Below, piece by piece: positions 18,658 to 28,788 of a stretch of DNA of 64,000 nt. The notes beneath the pieces were generated by a model. The model was not told the DNA's origin. It worked only from the letters and a program-made list of their open reading frames with translations, and did not search any database. Made by a program: the position numbers and the translations under genes. Numbering within the stretch: the stretch's first letter is position 1; every line of letters begins with the position of its first letter. Source of the DNA: an uncultured Clostridia bacterium (lineage in GTDB: Bacteria; Bacillota; Clostridia; Oscillospirales; Ruminococcaceae); the NCBI GenBank assembly GCA_963560245.1, contig CAUWNS010000002.1:17591-81590 (forward strand). The letters are read 5' to 3'.

Positions 18658-19197
18658 ATGAACCACACAAAAGTACACTCCCTCGTGAGCTGTGCGCTGA
18701 TTGCTGCGCTCTATGCGGCGCTGACTCTCTGTCTGGCACCGCTGAGTTTCGGCATCGTGCAAATCCGTTTTGCAGAGGCGCTTTCTATCCTGGCAGTCTT
18801 CACTCCAAATGCCATCTGGGGGCTGACGGTAGGATGTATGCTCTCCAATGCTATCGGTTTTGCTACTGGTCTCAATCCCGCCGGATTCATTGACATTTTC
18901 TTTGGATCCGCCGCAACTCTAATTGCCGCCTTGCTTGCCTATATGCTGCGCAATGTGAAAATCAAGGGATTTCCAGTGCTTTCCACCATCCCTCCGGTGA
19001 TCGTAAACGGCATCATCGTAGGAGCCGAACTGACTTTTTTTGAGTCAAACCCATTTAACTTTACCCTTTACGGCATCAACTTCCTCAGTGTCAGTGCCGG
19101 ACAGGTACTTCCATGTATGGGCGTTGGGCTGTTTTTGTATTTTATCCTCAGGCAATTTAAGCTGGATACAAGATTATTCGGCAGACAGAACCATTAA
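18658..19197 (+). CDS. queT: Queuosine precursor transporter QueT
   Basis: Small multi-TM protein with QueT-like sequence (LIAALYAALTLCLAPLSFGIVQIRFAEAL). Confidence 0.8.
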   Translation: MNHTKVHSLVSCALIAALYAALTLCLAPLSFGIVQIRFAEALSILAVFTPNAIWGLTVGCMLSNAIGFATGLNPAGFIDIFFGSAATLIAALLAYMLRNVKIKGFPVLSTIPPVIVNGIIVGAELTFFESNPFNFTLYGINFLSVSAGQVLPCMGVGLFLYFILRQFKLDTRLFGRQNH

Positions 19198-19352
19198 CCT
19201 GCTCAAAGCGGACTATCCGGATATTTGAAAATATCCATTGAATCCAGGGTTATTAAAATCCCAAAACAATGGGGACACTTTTCAATCAATTGGGGAAACA
19301 TCCCCACGAGGTAAGCCTGATACGGACAAGCCCGCCGGAAAACAGGGTCAAC

Positions 19353-19389
19353 AAAAAATCCCTCCCAGAATTCTGGGAGGGATTTTTTC
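19353..19389. terminator. Bidirectional terminator between convergent queT and pyrE
   Basis: Perfect palindrome ATCCCTCCCAGAA/TTCTGGGAGGGAT flanked by A6 and T6. Confidence 0.85.
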
Positions 19390-19394
19390 TCCGT

Positions 19395-20066
19395 TTATTT
19401 GACGCAGTACTGATTAAGGTACGCTTCCATTTTCTCTTTCATTTCATCGTCGATATAGATCTTGCCATCTACCGGCTTATTGTGAAGTGTATCAATTACT
19501 TCCCGGACTGTTACAATTGGGTAGGTCTTGATCCCATAGGTATCATAGGCCTCCTGAATAGCGGTTTTATCTCCGGTCCCGCGTTCCATTCGATCAACGG
19601 AAACAATCAGACCCAGCAGATCAATGTTCGCTACGGCCTTCAGGATGGGCATGCACTCCCTCAGGGAGGCGCCGGAGGTAATGACATCTTCAATGATCAG
19701 TACTTTATCGCCGTCCTTGAGCTTATAGCCAACCATGGTTCCGCCTTCCCCATGATCTTTGACTTCCTTACGGTTAAAACAATAGTTTACATTTTTGCCG
19801 TGATGATTGCTCAGCGCAATGGCAGTTGCCACAGACAGGGGAATCCCCTTGTAAGCAGGGCCAAACAGCGCATCAATTTTTCCAGGAATATTTTCCATGA
19901 CACACTGTGCGTAAAATTCGCCAAGTCTTGCAGCCTGTTCGCCCGTCTTGTAGTTACCGGTATTGACAAAATAAGGGGTTTTCCTTCCGCTCTTAGTTGT
20001 AAAGTCCCCAAAAGTCAAAACGCCGGAGCGCACCATAAACTGAATAAACTCTTCCTTATAACCCAT
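19395..20066 (-). CDS. pyrE: Orotate phosphoribosyltransferase
   Basis: PRTase motif VLIIEDVITSGAS. N-terminus FIQFMVRSGVLTFGDFTTKSGRKTPYF. Confidence 0.9.
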   Translation of the reverse strand: MGYKEEFIQFMVRSGVLTFGDFTTKSGRKTPYFVNTGNYKTGEQAARLGEFYAQCVMENIPGKIDALFGPAYKGIPLSVATAIALSNHHGKNVNYCFNRKEVKDHGEGGTMVGYKLKDGDKVLIIEDVITSGASLRECMPILKAVANIDLLGLIVSVDRMERGTGDKTAIQEAYDTYGIKTYPIVTVREVIDTLHNKPVDGKIYIDDEMKEKMEAYLNQYCVK

Positions 20067-20286
20067 TTCCTCGTCCCCTTTACGGTTTCATAGTCTTTCC
20101 CGCTTTATAAACAGGAAGCATCAATCACATTTGTTCTTATTATACTATATGATTCCGCCTTTTGTAAATCAATGGCATTCAAAATATACGAAATTCAATT
20201 CTCAAAACGCACGGATAGTACAATTGAAGATTTTTTTCCGTAATGATATAATGAATAAATAGAATTCTAATTTATTGGAGGCTTTT

Positions 20287-21204
20287 ATGAAATACATCCA
20301 AATTTGCAATACTGATCTCAAAGCATCCAGGATCGCACTGGGTTGTATGCGGTTACACACTTTAAATCCATCCCAAGCAGATACCCTGATTCAAACCGCT
20401 GTAGAACTGGGAATTAATTTTTTTGACCACGCGGATATCTATGGCGGAGGAAAATCAGAGGAAATTTTCTCAAAAATCCTAAAAGATCATCCGGGGTTCC
20501 GGGAAAAAATGATCTTACAGTCAAAATGCGGTATTACTCAAGGATATTATGATTTTTCCAAAGAGCATATCCTCTCTTCTGTAGATGGAATTCTCAAACG
20601 GCTGGGAACCGATTATTTGGATGTACTGCTGCTGCACCGACCAGATCTTCTTATGGAACCTGAAGAGGTCTCCTTTGCATTTGATAAGCTCAAATCCTCC
20701 GGGAAAGTGCGTTATTTCGGCGTCAGCAATCAAAATCCTTCTACTATCCGGTTACTCTCCCGTTACCTGAATCAAAATCTTGTTATCAATCAGGTGCAAT
20801 TTGGCCTTGCCCATACTGCCATGCTGGATACAACCGTCAATACCAACATGCAAAACATAGGGGCTGTTAACCGGGACGGGGGCATTTTAGAATATTGCCG
20901 TCTGCACGACATGACTGTCCAGGCCTGGTCCCCCTTCCAATATGGATTATTCGAAGGAAACTATCTGAAAGAGGAAAAATATGCTCCTCTCCAGCAGCAG
21001 ATGAAACAGCTTGCCGATGCAAAAGGCGTCCGTGAAAATGCAATCGGAATTGCCTGGATCCTGCGCCATCCGGCCCATATTCAGGCAATTGCAGGGACTA
21101 TGGATCCAGAACATCTTAAACAGATGAGCAAGGCGGCTGACGTTTCCCTGTCCCGGGCAGAATGGTATTCCCTCTATAAAGCGGCCGGGAACCAATTACC
21201 TTGA
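20287..21204 (+). CDS. Aldo/keto reductase
   Basis: AKR motifs (FFDHADIYGGGKSEE; LLLHRPD). SD TTGGAGG before ATG 20287. Confidence 0.9.
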   Translation: MKYIQICNTDLKASRIALGCMRLHTLNPSQADTLIQTAVELGINFFDHADIYGGGKSEEIFSKILKDHPGFREKMILQSKCGITQGYYDFSKEHILSSVDGILKRLGTDYLDVLLLHRPDLLMEPEEVSFAFDKLKSSGKVRYFGVSNQNPSTIRLLSRYLNQNLVINQVQFGLAHTAMLDTTVNTNMQNIGAVNRDGGILEYCRLHDMTVQAWSPFQYGLFEGNYLKEEKYAPLQQQMKQLADAKGVRENAIGIAWILRHPAHIQAIAGTMDPEHLKQMSKAADVSLSRAEWYSLYKAAGNQLP

Positions 21205-21355
21205 CAAATTCAGGAAACTTTTAGAAAGAAATAGAAAAAAGTTTTGAATTGAGTTGATTTTTTGTGGCCACTGATGTAAAATTTGATTAAAATAAATTAT
21301 AAATGTAGTCATTTTACATCACAACTATCCAAACGTCTTAGAAATGGAGTTTACA

Positions 21356-22729
21356 ATGAAGAAACCTCTCGCAATCTTTTTTGTGTTCATTTTGATTTCC
21401 TCCTTACTGGTCGGATGCAATGGGCAGACAACAGAGGGAACCCCATCTTCATCCGGTACAGAGACACCGGACAGCGTCACCGTCCGGTGCTTTGGGGGAG
21501 ATAGTTCTACAATGATTGCGGACTACAATTACTTCTCCTCTGCGGCAAACCAAATCACAATTTTGGAAACACCGCTTATGGAGGAAACCGGGAGTTCCAG
21601 CGAACAGCAGTATCTGGAACTGCTTACACAGCAGAATGCAGACATTTATATTTTTTCAACCGATTATATGGGAATCTTTTATTCCCTGTTAAACAGTAAT
21701 TTTTTTCTGGATTTAAACCCTCTGCTTGAACAGAGCACAGTCCGCCTGGAGGAATATCAGTCCATGGTCATGGATACAGGGATACAAGGGGAAAAGAGGG
21801 TGTTTCTGCCCATTTCCTATAAAATTGATATGTTTACCATCACCACACAGCAACTTGCAGAATATGGAATTGCAAAGGATGGAATTTCTCTTTCCTATGA
21901 CAACTGGGAGGAATCGGAAAAATTACTTTCGAAAGCCTTTCCTGGAAAAAGCGCCTCCTTGTTTTCCAACGACTCTATCATTTTTCGCAAAATGGTCTCA
22001 TCAAAGTATCTGGACGAAATGGAAAAGCGGGCAAGCTTTTTATCACCGGACTTTGTAAAGGAAGTTAATTCCTATCTGGCATATACGGAAAACCATCCCG
22101 AAAGCGGGCAGGACTTATCTCTTGGAAGTCCCTATGAAATTATGGATAAGGAAATTCAGCAGTATTTCCAACAGCAAATGGATGCCCAAAAAAACATATT
22201 GTTCAGCCAGTCTTTTGACGGCAATGCCATGACAGCTGCCAAACTCACCCGTTCCGCCAGATATGACAACGGGAAGGAAGCCCGTTTTTTCTCCATAAAG
22301 GATACTGGTACAAATACATACCGTTCCTATGCCAACTGCCTGTTTACCATTAATAAAAAATGCAAAAACCCTCAGGAGGCTTTTGCCGTTGCAGAATTCC
22401 TGTTAAGTGAAGAATATCAGCGGGGAGACTTTTTTTCCAATTTAAATTGCAATCTCGGCGGGCTTCCCGTCCACATCCATGCACAGGAACAGATGCTGGA
22501 AAATTCAAAGAAAACCATTCTTTTGCAGGAAAAACAGATGGCAGGGCTTTTGGAAGACTACACCGAAATTGTTGAAAATACCGCTTCCTGCGGACTTCTT
22601 ATGGACACCCGGTTCATAGAAAACATTTTCAACCCCATGTTGGAGGACTACCGGCAAGAGTTCCTTTCCGAGGAGGTTTTTTATAAGCGTATGGATACAA
22701 AATCCTCCCTGTTTTTAATGGAGCGTTGA
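21356..22729 (+). CDS. ABC transporter extracellular solute-binding lipoprotein (divergent, sugar-type context)
   Basis: Signal peptide plus lipobox LLVGCNG. SD GGAG 6 nt before ATG 21356. First gene of the operon containing MalF/MalG-like permeases. Confidence 0.7.
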   Translation: MKKPLAIFFVFILISSLLVGCNGQTTEGTPSSSGTETPDSVTVRCFGGDSSTMIADYNYFSSAANQITILETPLMEETGSSSEQQYLELLTQQNADIYIFSTDYMGIFYSLLNSNFFLDLNPLLEQSTVRLEEYQSMVMDTGIQGEKRVFLPISYKIDMFTITTQQLAEYGIAKDGISLSYDNWEESEKLLSKAFPGKSASLFSNDSIIFRKMVSSKYLDEMEKRASFLSPDFVKEVNSYLAYTENHPESGQDLSLGSPYEIMDKEIQQYFQQQMDAQKNILFSQSFDGNAMTAAKLTRSARYDNGKEARFFSIKDTGTNTYRSYANCLFTINKKCKNPQEAFAVAEFLLSEEYQRGDFFSNLNCNLGGLPVHIHAQEQMLENSKKTILLQEKQMAGLLEDYTEIVENTASCGLLMDTRFIENIFNPMLEDYRQEFLSEEVFYKRMDTKSSLFLMER

Positions 22730-22793
22730 GTGTACAGCCAGGGCGGGAGTTCCGTTCCGGTGATTCAATTTTCAGTTGTGAGGAGGTATTTCT

Positions 22794-23681
22794 ATGGCGG
22801 TAAAACGGATTACTCTGAAAAAGCGGAAGACAAGGAAAACCGTTACAGCACTTCTGTTCGTGCTCCCTTGTCTGCTGGGTGCATTTGTGCTCTATGTAAT
22901 CCCCATGTTAATCAGCTTTGTCTATAGCTTTACACAGGGGGTCGGCCAACTCACCTTTGTCGGATTGGACAACTACATCCAGCTGCTTTCACAAAATGGA
23001 GCTTTCCTGCTATCCTTAAAAAATACGGCGCTATTCAGCATTATGGGTATCCCGCTGCTGATCATTATCTCCCTGTTTCTGGCCAACCTGCTTAATACAG
23101 GTGTCAGTAAAATGACTTTTTTCCGCAGTGCAATGCTCTACCCGATGATCATACCCGGCGCATCCGTAGTCATGGTATGGCAGCTGTTTTTAAATGATGA
23201 TGGAATCATTAACGGCTTTCTCAGTAAGTTTGGGATCGATCCCATTTCTTTTTTGAACAGCTCCTGGTCCATCTATATCATTGTTATCATTTTTATCTGG
23301 AAAAACCTTGGTTACAATGTCATCCTGTTTATGACCGGTCTCAATGCCATCCCGCCGGAATACCGGGAAGCCGCTCAGCTTGACGGCGCATCGAAATTCC
23401 GCACTTTTATGCAGATTACGCTTCCGCTGCTCAAGCCTACCACCTTTTTTGTCTTACTGATGTCGATTATCAATTCTCTAAAAATTTTCCGTGAGATCTA
23501 TCAAATGTCCGGCGGATACCCCAACGACAATATTTACTTTGTACAGCATTTCATGAACAATAACTTTGAAAACCTGAATTATAGCCGGCTTTGTACTGCC
23601 GCCGTCATTTTGAGCCTTATTTTTTCAGTGATTATGTTCTTTGTTTTCCGTTTAGAAAAAAAATCCACTGAGATTGATTAA
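22794..23681 (+). CDS. Carbohydrate-type ABC transporter permease (MalF-like)
   Basis: 6 TM with a BPD_transp_1 EAA-like loop (EAAQLDGASKFRTFMQITLPLLKP). SD GGAGG. Confidence 0.9.
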   Translation: MAVKRITLKKRKTRKTVTALLFVLPCLLGAFVLYVIPMLISFVYSFTQGVGQLTFVGLDNYIQLLSQNGAFLLSLKNTALFSIMGIPLLIIISLFLANLLNTGVSKMTFFRSAMLYPMIIPGASVVMVWQLFLNDDGIINGFLSKFGIDPISFLNSSWSIYIIVIIFIWKNLGYNVILFMTGLNAIPPEYREAAQLDGASKFRTFMQITLPLLKPTTFFVLLMSIINSLKIFREIYQMSGGYPNDNIYFVQHFMNNNFENLNYSRLCTAAVILSLIFSVIMFFVFRLEKKSTEID

Positions 23682-23695
23682 GGGAGGGAAAGTGC

Positions 23696-24520
23696 ATGAA
23701 AAAAAAGAAAATCTTTTCCCTGCTGAAGTTTGTGTTTCTAGTGGGCGTTACCATTGTGATGCTGTTTCCGATTATCTATATTATTGTAAACTCCTTTATG
23801 TCCACCAATGAAATCCAGCTCGCTTATCCGGAAGAAGGATTTGCCTATCTTCACCTTATCCCAGATAAAATCACACTGGATCAATATTACTTTTCTCTTT
23901 TCCGTTCCAGCGAATACCTTCAAAAGTTTTGGAATTCTGTCATTCTGACCGTGCCGATTGTTTTAGGCCAAGTGGTAATATGCACCCTGGGCGCCTATGG
24001 ATTTGCCAAATTTGAATTTCCCGGAAGGGACAAAATTTTCTTTGTCTTTATTGTTCTTTTGGTTCTTCCTCCTCAAGCCACAATGGTTTCCAACTACATT
24101 GTATTGGATAAGCTGGGGTTGATTGGAAATAATCTTTCTGTGATTCTACCCGGTATGTTTTCTGCTTTTGGCATCTGTTTGCTCAGGCAGTATATGCGCT
24201 ACATTCCGGATACCTGCTGTGAAGCCGCTGAAATTGACGGAGCCAGCCCATTCCGGATTTTCATGTCAATCATTGTCCCACAATCCAAAGCCGGAATCGG
24301 AACCCTGGTGATCCTTTCTTTCATTGATAACTGGAATATGATCGAACAGCCTTTGGTCATGTTAAAAGATGAGGCGAAGATGCCGATGTCCGTCATGCTT
24401 TCCAAAGTCAGTGAATTTGATGCAGGAATTGCATTTGGATTTAGTGTCATTTTCTTAATTCCGGCAATCGTCATTTATCTGCTGTTCGAAGATGATCTCG
24501 TACAAGGTCTCACGTTCTAA
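23696..24520 (+). CDS. Carbohydrate-type ABC transporter permease (MalG-like)
   Basis: 6 TM with EAA-like loop (EAAEIDGASPFRIFMSIIVPQSK). Confidence 0.9.
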   Translation: MKKKKIFSLLKFVFLVGVTIVMLFPIIYIIVNSFMSTNEIQLAYPEEGFAYLHLIPDKITLDQYYFSLFRSSEYLQKFWNSVILTVPIVLGQVVICTLGAYGFAKFEFPGRDKIFFVFIVLLVLPPQATMVSNYIVLDKLGLIGNNLSVILPGMFSAFGICLLRQYMRYIPDTCCEAAEIDGASPFRIFMSIIVPQSKAGIGTLVILSFIDNWNMIEQPLVMLKDEAKMPMSVMLSKVSEFDAGIAFGFSVIFLIPAIVIYLLFEDDLVQGLTF

Positions 24521-24541
24521 AGGGGAATAGGAGGAGTGAAT

Positions 24542-25735
24542 ATGAATCAGAAAAAATTGCAGGGTGTCCGATTGGTTGCGGTACGTTTGGGAACCATATT
24601 TATTATTGTTGTTTTAATCCTCACTTTTTTCTCCGGCTCCATTGAAAATGCCATGTTGCCGGAAGTCACTACATATCCTATCAATAACCAGAAAGTGACA
24701 ACCAGCAGTACCGCTATGACCACCCCAACTTATGAGGAACCAGTTACCGTATATGCCCCTGTAACTTCTCCTGTCCTGGAAAGCTATCTTCAATACGGAG
24801 TGGGTATCAAGCAGGGCGAAGTGGTTGCACAGCTTGACAAAACCATTGTAGATCAGGCCCGTACGGATTATGAAGTCCAGCTGATGGAAGCCCGCAACTC
24901 TATCACCCAGTTACAGAGCAGCCTAAAAAAAGCCCAGGATACAAATATGGATATTGACGATCAGATTGCGGCCGCCAATAAATCCAATGCCGCCCTGGAT
25001 CCAAATGATCCGGCAAGTGAATCCCAGAAAATCAATATCAAAGCCCTGGAACGGCAAAAAGTGGATACTTCAATTTATACACAGCAAATTGAGGTTGCCC
25101 AGATAAAATACAATGCCCTGGAAAAAGAGTATAATGAGGCGTTCCAGTACATCAATGAACAGGGGCAGTTTTTGGCACCGGCCGGTGGCATGGTTGTAAC
25201 AGATAACCTGACCATCAGCGGCAATATGATCAAGGGCGAAGTCGCTTATGTTTACGGCGTACTGGGCAGTCCCATGATTTTGGAGTGGAGTACAAGCAAA
25301 GTAGAAGGCACCCGCTTTACAGATGCCGCAACTATCACCGCCACAACCGGTTCTGATACTTTTAACGCAGAATTAATAGATCGAAAAATGGATCAGGAAA
25401 CCGGCATGTATTATTTCCGTGCACGGATTCCGGAGGATCGTATCTTACAGATTACCACGCGGGTTACTGTAACGGTCAGCACCCCGGAATCGTCCACCCT
25501 GAATGTCGTACCCAAAGTCGTTTTACATCAGGACAGCGGCGCTTATGTCTTTGTTCTCCGTATGGACTCTGAAAACCACAAATATTATGTGAAACGTCTT
25601 GAAGTAAGTGAGTTTTCCGAAGCGACACCCCTTGAATATTCAGTCATTGTTGAAAATGATTTTCAAGATGGAGATGAGGTGATTCTCTCCACGACGAGAA
25701 CTCTAGAAGATGGAATGCAGGTGAGGCTGAAATGA
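24542..25735 (+). CDS. HlyD/MacA-like membrane-fusion (periplasmic adaptor) protein
   Basis: N-terminal TM, lipoyl-like hairpin halves (GIKQGEVVAQLD .. APAGGMVV) flanking a long coiled-coil, then beta-rich C-terminal domains. SD GGAGGA 6 nt before ATG 24542. Confidence 0.65.
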   Translation: MNQKKLQGVRLVAVRLGTIFIIVVLILTFFSGSIENAMLPEVTTYPINNQKVTTSSTAMTTPTYEEPVTVYAPVTSPVLESYLQYGVGIKQGEVVAQLDKTIVDQARTDYEVQLMEARNSITQLQSSLKKAQDTNMDIDDQIAAANKSNAALDPNDPASESQKINIKALERQKVDTSIYTQQIEVAQIKYNALEKEYNEAFQYINEQGQFLAPAGGMVVTDNLTISGNMIKGEVAYVYGVLGSPMILEWSTSKVEGTRFTDAATITATTGSDTFNAELIDRKMDQETGMYYFRARIPEDRILQITTRVTVTVSTPESSTLNVVPKVVLHQDSGAYVFVLRMDSENHKYYVKRLEVSEFSEATPLEYSVIVENDFQDGDEVILSTTRTLEDGMQVRLK

Positions 25736-26955
25736 CAATTTTACAGCGTCGAAAAAGATGGGGCATTGCATCGCTTTTATTCGCAATTCTTCTGGCGTGG
25801 ATTTTATGGGGATTTGCCTATACACAAAATTTTGCACAAAAAAACCTGCCCCATATGATAGAGCACAGAAGATTAATTTCTTCACAAAACGCTCAAGGTA
25901 TGGGAGACAAAGGGGCAGGAATCTCTTTTTATGACCTTTTTGTCTATGAAAATGTCCTGCAATATGACAATATTGCAGGCTACCGGGAGGTAGATCTCCC
26001 TGTTGATTTTGTAGATGACGCCAAGGTCGTGTTGTGTAATGAATCTGTGATGGACGTCTACGAATTTGATTTAATTACCGGAAGTATTTTCACCAAGGAA
26101 ATGATTCAGCAAAACCTTCCCTATGCCATCATCAGCGACGAACTCGCATTGGAGAGGTTTCTAACCTACAGTGCTGTAGGACAGACAATTGTCATCGATG
26201 GATGTGAATACGCCGTAATCGGCGTCTATGATTCCCATAAGGGATTCTGGAATGATATCACAACGGATGGATTGAAGCGGATTTATATCCCTTATACCAG
26301 TTACGCTGACCAGGATACCATTCCGCTGGATGGGATTGCTTACCAGGCAAATGACGAAACTGCCAGCTTTTATTACAAATTTGAATCCATTGCCAGCAGT
26401 AATTATCAATATTACCGAAAATATGATTTTACAGAATACGGACCGGTAAGCACGCAGTATTTCCCCTTGTTTTTGATGATTGTTTTGCTCATCCCCTGCG
26501 TGATTCTTGCTGTTTTAGCATTCCATAGTGTAAAAAAAGATATTCGTTTCTTTATAGACCAGCAGGAGGAAGGCTATTTCCTGGAAATGCTGAAAAAGGA
26601 TGTCAAACGAATTATTTTTGCAGTATTAAAACCCCTCCTGTGTATTGCGGGAATTCTCCTGTTATTATGGTGCAACCCCTATCATCCGCAGATTCCAGTT
26701 GACTTTATTCCTGCTGAAAAGATCTTTGATCTTTCCTATTATCAAAATGTGTTCTTAGCCCGTTCCATTGTGGATAATACTCAATTTACGATGGGGGATA
26801 ACCATTGGTACCGATTATTCCAGAACACTTCCAGTATGGGTGTATTTTTCCTGATTGTCAGTATTCTGGTGTTGACATTCCTTGTATTCAGCTTATATCA
26901 ATATTTAAAGCAATGGCGCCAATACCGCTTAAAAGGAGATTCTGAAGAAACCTAA
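25732..26955 (+). CDS. MacB-periplasmic-domain-like membrane protein (atypical, no clear FtsX signature)
   Basis: TM1, then a ~200-aa extracytoplasmic domain resembling a MacB PCD (YAIISDELALERF..GQTIVIDGCEYAVIGVYD), then three TM helices. ATGA overlap with the adaptor gene. Confidence 0.55.
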   Translation: MTILQRRKRWGIASLLFAILLAWILWGFAYTQNFAQKNLPHMIEHRRLISSQNAQGMGDKGAGISFYDLFVYENVLQYDNIAGYREVDLPVDFVDDAKVVLCNESVMDVYEFDLITGSIFTKEMIQQNLPYAIISDELALERFLTYSAVGQTIVIDGCEYAVIGVYDSHKGFWNDITTDGLKRIYIPYTSYADQDTIPLDGIAYQANDETASFYYKFESIASSNYQYYRKYDFTEYGPVSTQYFPLFLMIVLLIPCVILAVLAFHSVKKDIRFFIDQQEEGYFLEMLKKDVKRIIFAVLKPLLCIAGILLLLWCNPYHPQIPVDFIPAEKIFDLSYYQNVFLARSIVDNTQFTMGDNHWYRLFQNTSSMGVFFLIVSILVLTFLVFSLYQYLKQWRQYRLKGDSEET

Positions 26956-26962
26956 AACGAAA

Positions 26963-27000
26963 AGGCCCTCCCCAGCATGCTGGAGAGGGCCTTTCTTTGT
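26963..27000. terminator. Hairpin terminator between convergent genes
   Basis: AGGCCCTC/GAGGGCCT outer stem with inner CCAGCA/TGCTGG, followed by TTCTTTGTT. Confidence 0.65.
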
Positions 27001-27014
27001 TCGATCCATCCTTT

Positions 27015-27998
27015 TTATTCTACTTTAGCCGGCTGCCCGATGGAACTGGTTGGTGCAAGACGAGTTGCCCGAAACTGACGGCTCTGAATCCGGTAATAGG
27101 AAACGATACTTGGAATGGAAGCCGCAGCAGTGAGGATATATCCTACAATAAGATCTGCAGCAAACGCCCTTGCAAGCTCCGGCTCCTGCTGCATAAAAGG
27201 GAATACTGCCTGGAGTGCTTCCGGGAGTGTGATAACATAGTACTCACTGAGGGCCAAATACATTTCCAGACCCATGGCAAAATACTGAGCTGCAAAGACC
27301 ATCAGGAATGCGATAGCCGCTGCGATAATTGTCCCGGGCAAATCAACTTTCCCACTGAATTTGCCATAAAATTTGAGTGCAAGGAAAGACATGACAAACC
27401 CAGCGATCCCTGCAATATAGCCAAAATGGTAAATAACCACCCATAACACTGCTCCGATAAGAGCGCCTAAAATGGCGCCGAGAACCCCGAGGGGAATTTT
27501 TGCAGGCTTGGACTTTTCCTGTTCTCTCAGAGAACTCAGATTTGCCGTTCTCACCTGGTAGCAGGAGTCGCATACATTGAGCGCAATATCGTTAATAAGG
27601 CAAAGGGACGTCCCTGTCTCACAGCCGCAGTCTGCACAACAGGCCACATATCGATTCTGCGATAAAAATCCAGAAATTGCAGAGAGCGCATCATAGATCA
27701 TTGCACAGATGTTTTTCGATGAACCGGATGCCTTTATCGCCAACGTCAACGTATTTTGCCCATAGTAATATCCGGCAATATGATTTCTCTGTCCGCAATA
27801 CGACGCAAGGAAAGCATCCGGCAAAACTGAATCCGAAGCCGCCGGCTTGACCCATGTACTAATCAAGTACTGACGGACTGCCGCTTTATCCTGTACGGCA
27901 AAAAAGTATCCGCCAAAGTCACCATACATGATTGCGGACTTTTTTTGATAGACAAGATGCAAATCTGCCGACATTTTGCGAAGGACTGAAAGAGACAT
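27015..27998 (-). CDS. Zinc-ribbon-containing membrane protein, function unknown
   Basis: Soluble N-terminal domain, Cys cluster CCADCGC..CDSCY, then about four TM helices. ATG 27998 preferred over track start 28061. Own promoter-like TTGTAG-17 nt-TGtTACAAT upstream. Confidence 0.6.
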   Translation of the reverse strand: MSLSVLRKMSADLHLVYQKKSAIMYGDFGGYFFAVQDKAAVRQYLISTWVKPAASDSVLPDAFLASYCGQRNHIAGYYYGQNTLTLAIKASGSSKNICAMIYDALSAISGFLSQNRYVACCADCGCETGTSLCLINDIALNVCDSCYQVRTANLSSLREQEKSKPAKIPLGVLGAILGALIGAVLWVVIYHFGYIAGIAGFVMSFLALKFYGKFSGKVDLPGTIIAAAIAFLMVFAAQYFAMGLEMYLALSEYYVITLPEALQAVFPFMQQEPELARAFAADLIVGYILTAAASIPSIVSYYRIQSRQFRATRLAPTSSIGQPAKVE

Positions 27999-28086
27999 AT
28001 CATCACCATCTTTCTGTTTGTTAACAATATTGTAACATCTCAGACGGCTTCCTACAAGCAAATTAAAAAATTATTTTCTCCCGCTC

Positions 28087-28299
28087 CTATGATGGATCGC
28101 CCGGTTTCCATTCCAGGATATCTCCGGGCTGGCAATCCAATGCTTGACAAATTTTATCCAGCGTCTCAAGCTTGATAGCTTTTGCTTTTCCATTTTTTAA
28201 AATAGAAATATTGGCCATGGTAATCCCAATCCGCTCAGAAAGCTCTGTCACACGCATTTTCCGCTTTGCCAACATAACATCCAAATTCACAACAATCAT
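28087..28299 (-). CDS. Small XRE/YozG-like HTH transcriptional regulator
   Basis: 70-aa protein with HTH RVTELSERIGITMANISILKNGK. Lies 9 nt downstream of the membrane-protein gene. Confidence 0.85.
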   Translation of the reverse strand: MIVVNLDVMLAKRKMRVTELSERIGITMANISILKNGKAKAIKLETLDKICQALDCQPGDILEWKPGDPS

Positions 28300-28308
28300 A
28301 ATATTCCC

Positions 28309-28788
28309 TCAAATTGTCATCCGATTTTCTTCCTGAATTTTCGCTGCCTCTTCTACCAGTTGTCCAAGCGCCAAAAACACAACCGCCATCGCAATCCCTA
28401 TCAGCAAAAGACACCCCGATGCCAATAGGACTGCAGGATGTCCCCAGTTGAGAAACAAAAATACAAGATTGCCCAAAAAGAAAAAGGATGTGTTTCCCAA
28501 ACACAGGTATGCAACCGCTCTGCAGCGGAAGCTATTTTGATTACAAAACGCACAGCCCAAACCAATACTGCGGGCAATCTTCCATCCAAACACTAGAATC
28601 CCCATACAGGGTACCGCTGTCAAACCAATTAAAAGTAACCACGGAAAATATTGTGAAGCATACTCCGGGTAAATCTGTACAAGGCGTTTCCCGAATCCAG
28701 GCACCAGGAAACCATAAATACCAATCATACCCAAAAAAACACCTATCAGGATTACTTGAAGACCATGGGACAGACGCTTTGTTTTCAT
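28309..28788 (-). CDS. DUF2975-like four-TM membrane protein
   Basis: Four hydrophobic helices. The gene order (membrane protein, then small YozG-like HTH) is the usual DUF2975 arrangement. SD AAGGAGG 8 nt before ATG 28788. Confidence 0.65.
   Translation of the reverse strand: MKTKRLSHGLQVILIGVFLGMIGIYGFLVPGFGKRLVQIYPEYASQYFPWLLLIGLTAVPCMGILVFGWKIARSIGLGCAFCNQNSFRCRAVAYLCLGNTSFFFLGNLVFLFLNWGHPAVLLASGCLLLIGIAMAVVFLALGQLVEEAAKIQEENRMTI

Noticed and set aside
19269-20093. 274-aa ORF on the plus strand
   Set aside because: It is antisense to pyrE, which is clearly coding. It has no SD and no motif.
20067-20286. PyrR-binding attenuator upstream of pyrE
   Set aside because: The leader is only about 70 nt. 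There is no ARUCCAGAGAGGYU-like binding loop and no terminator/antiterminator pair.
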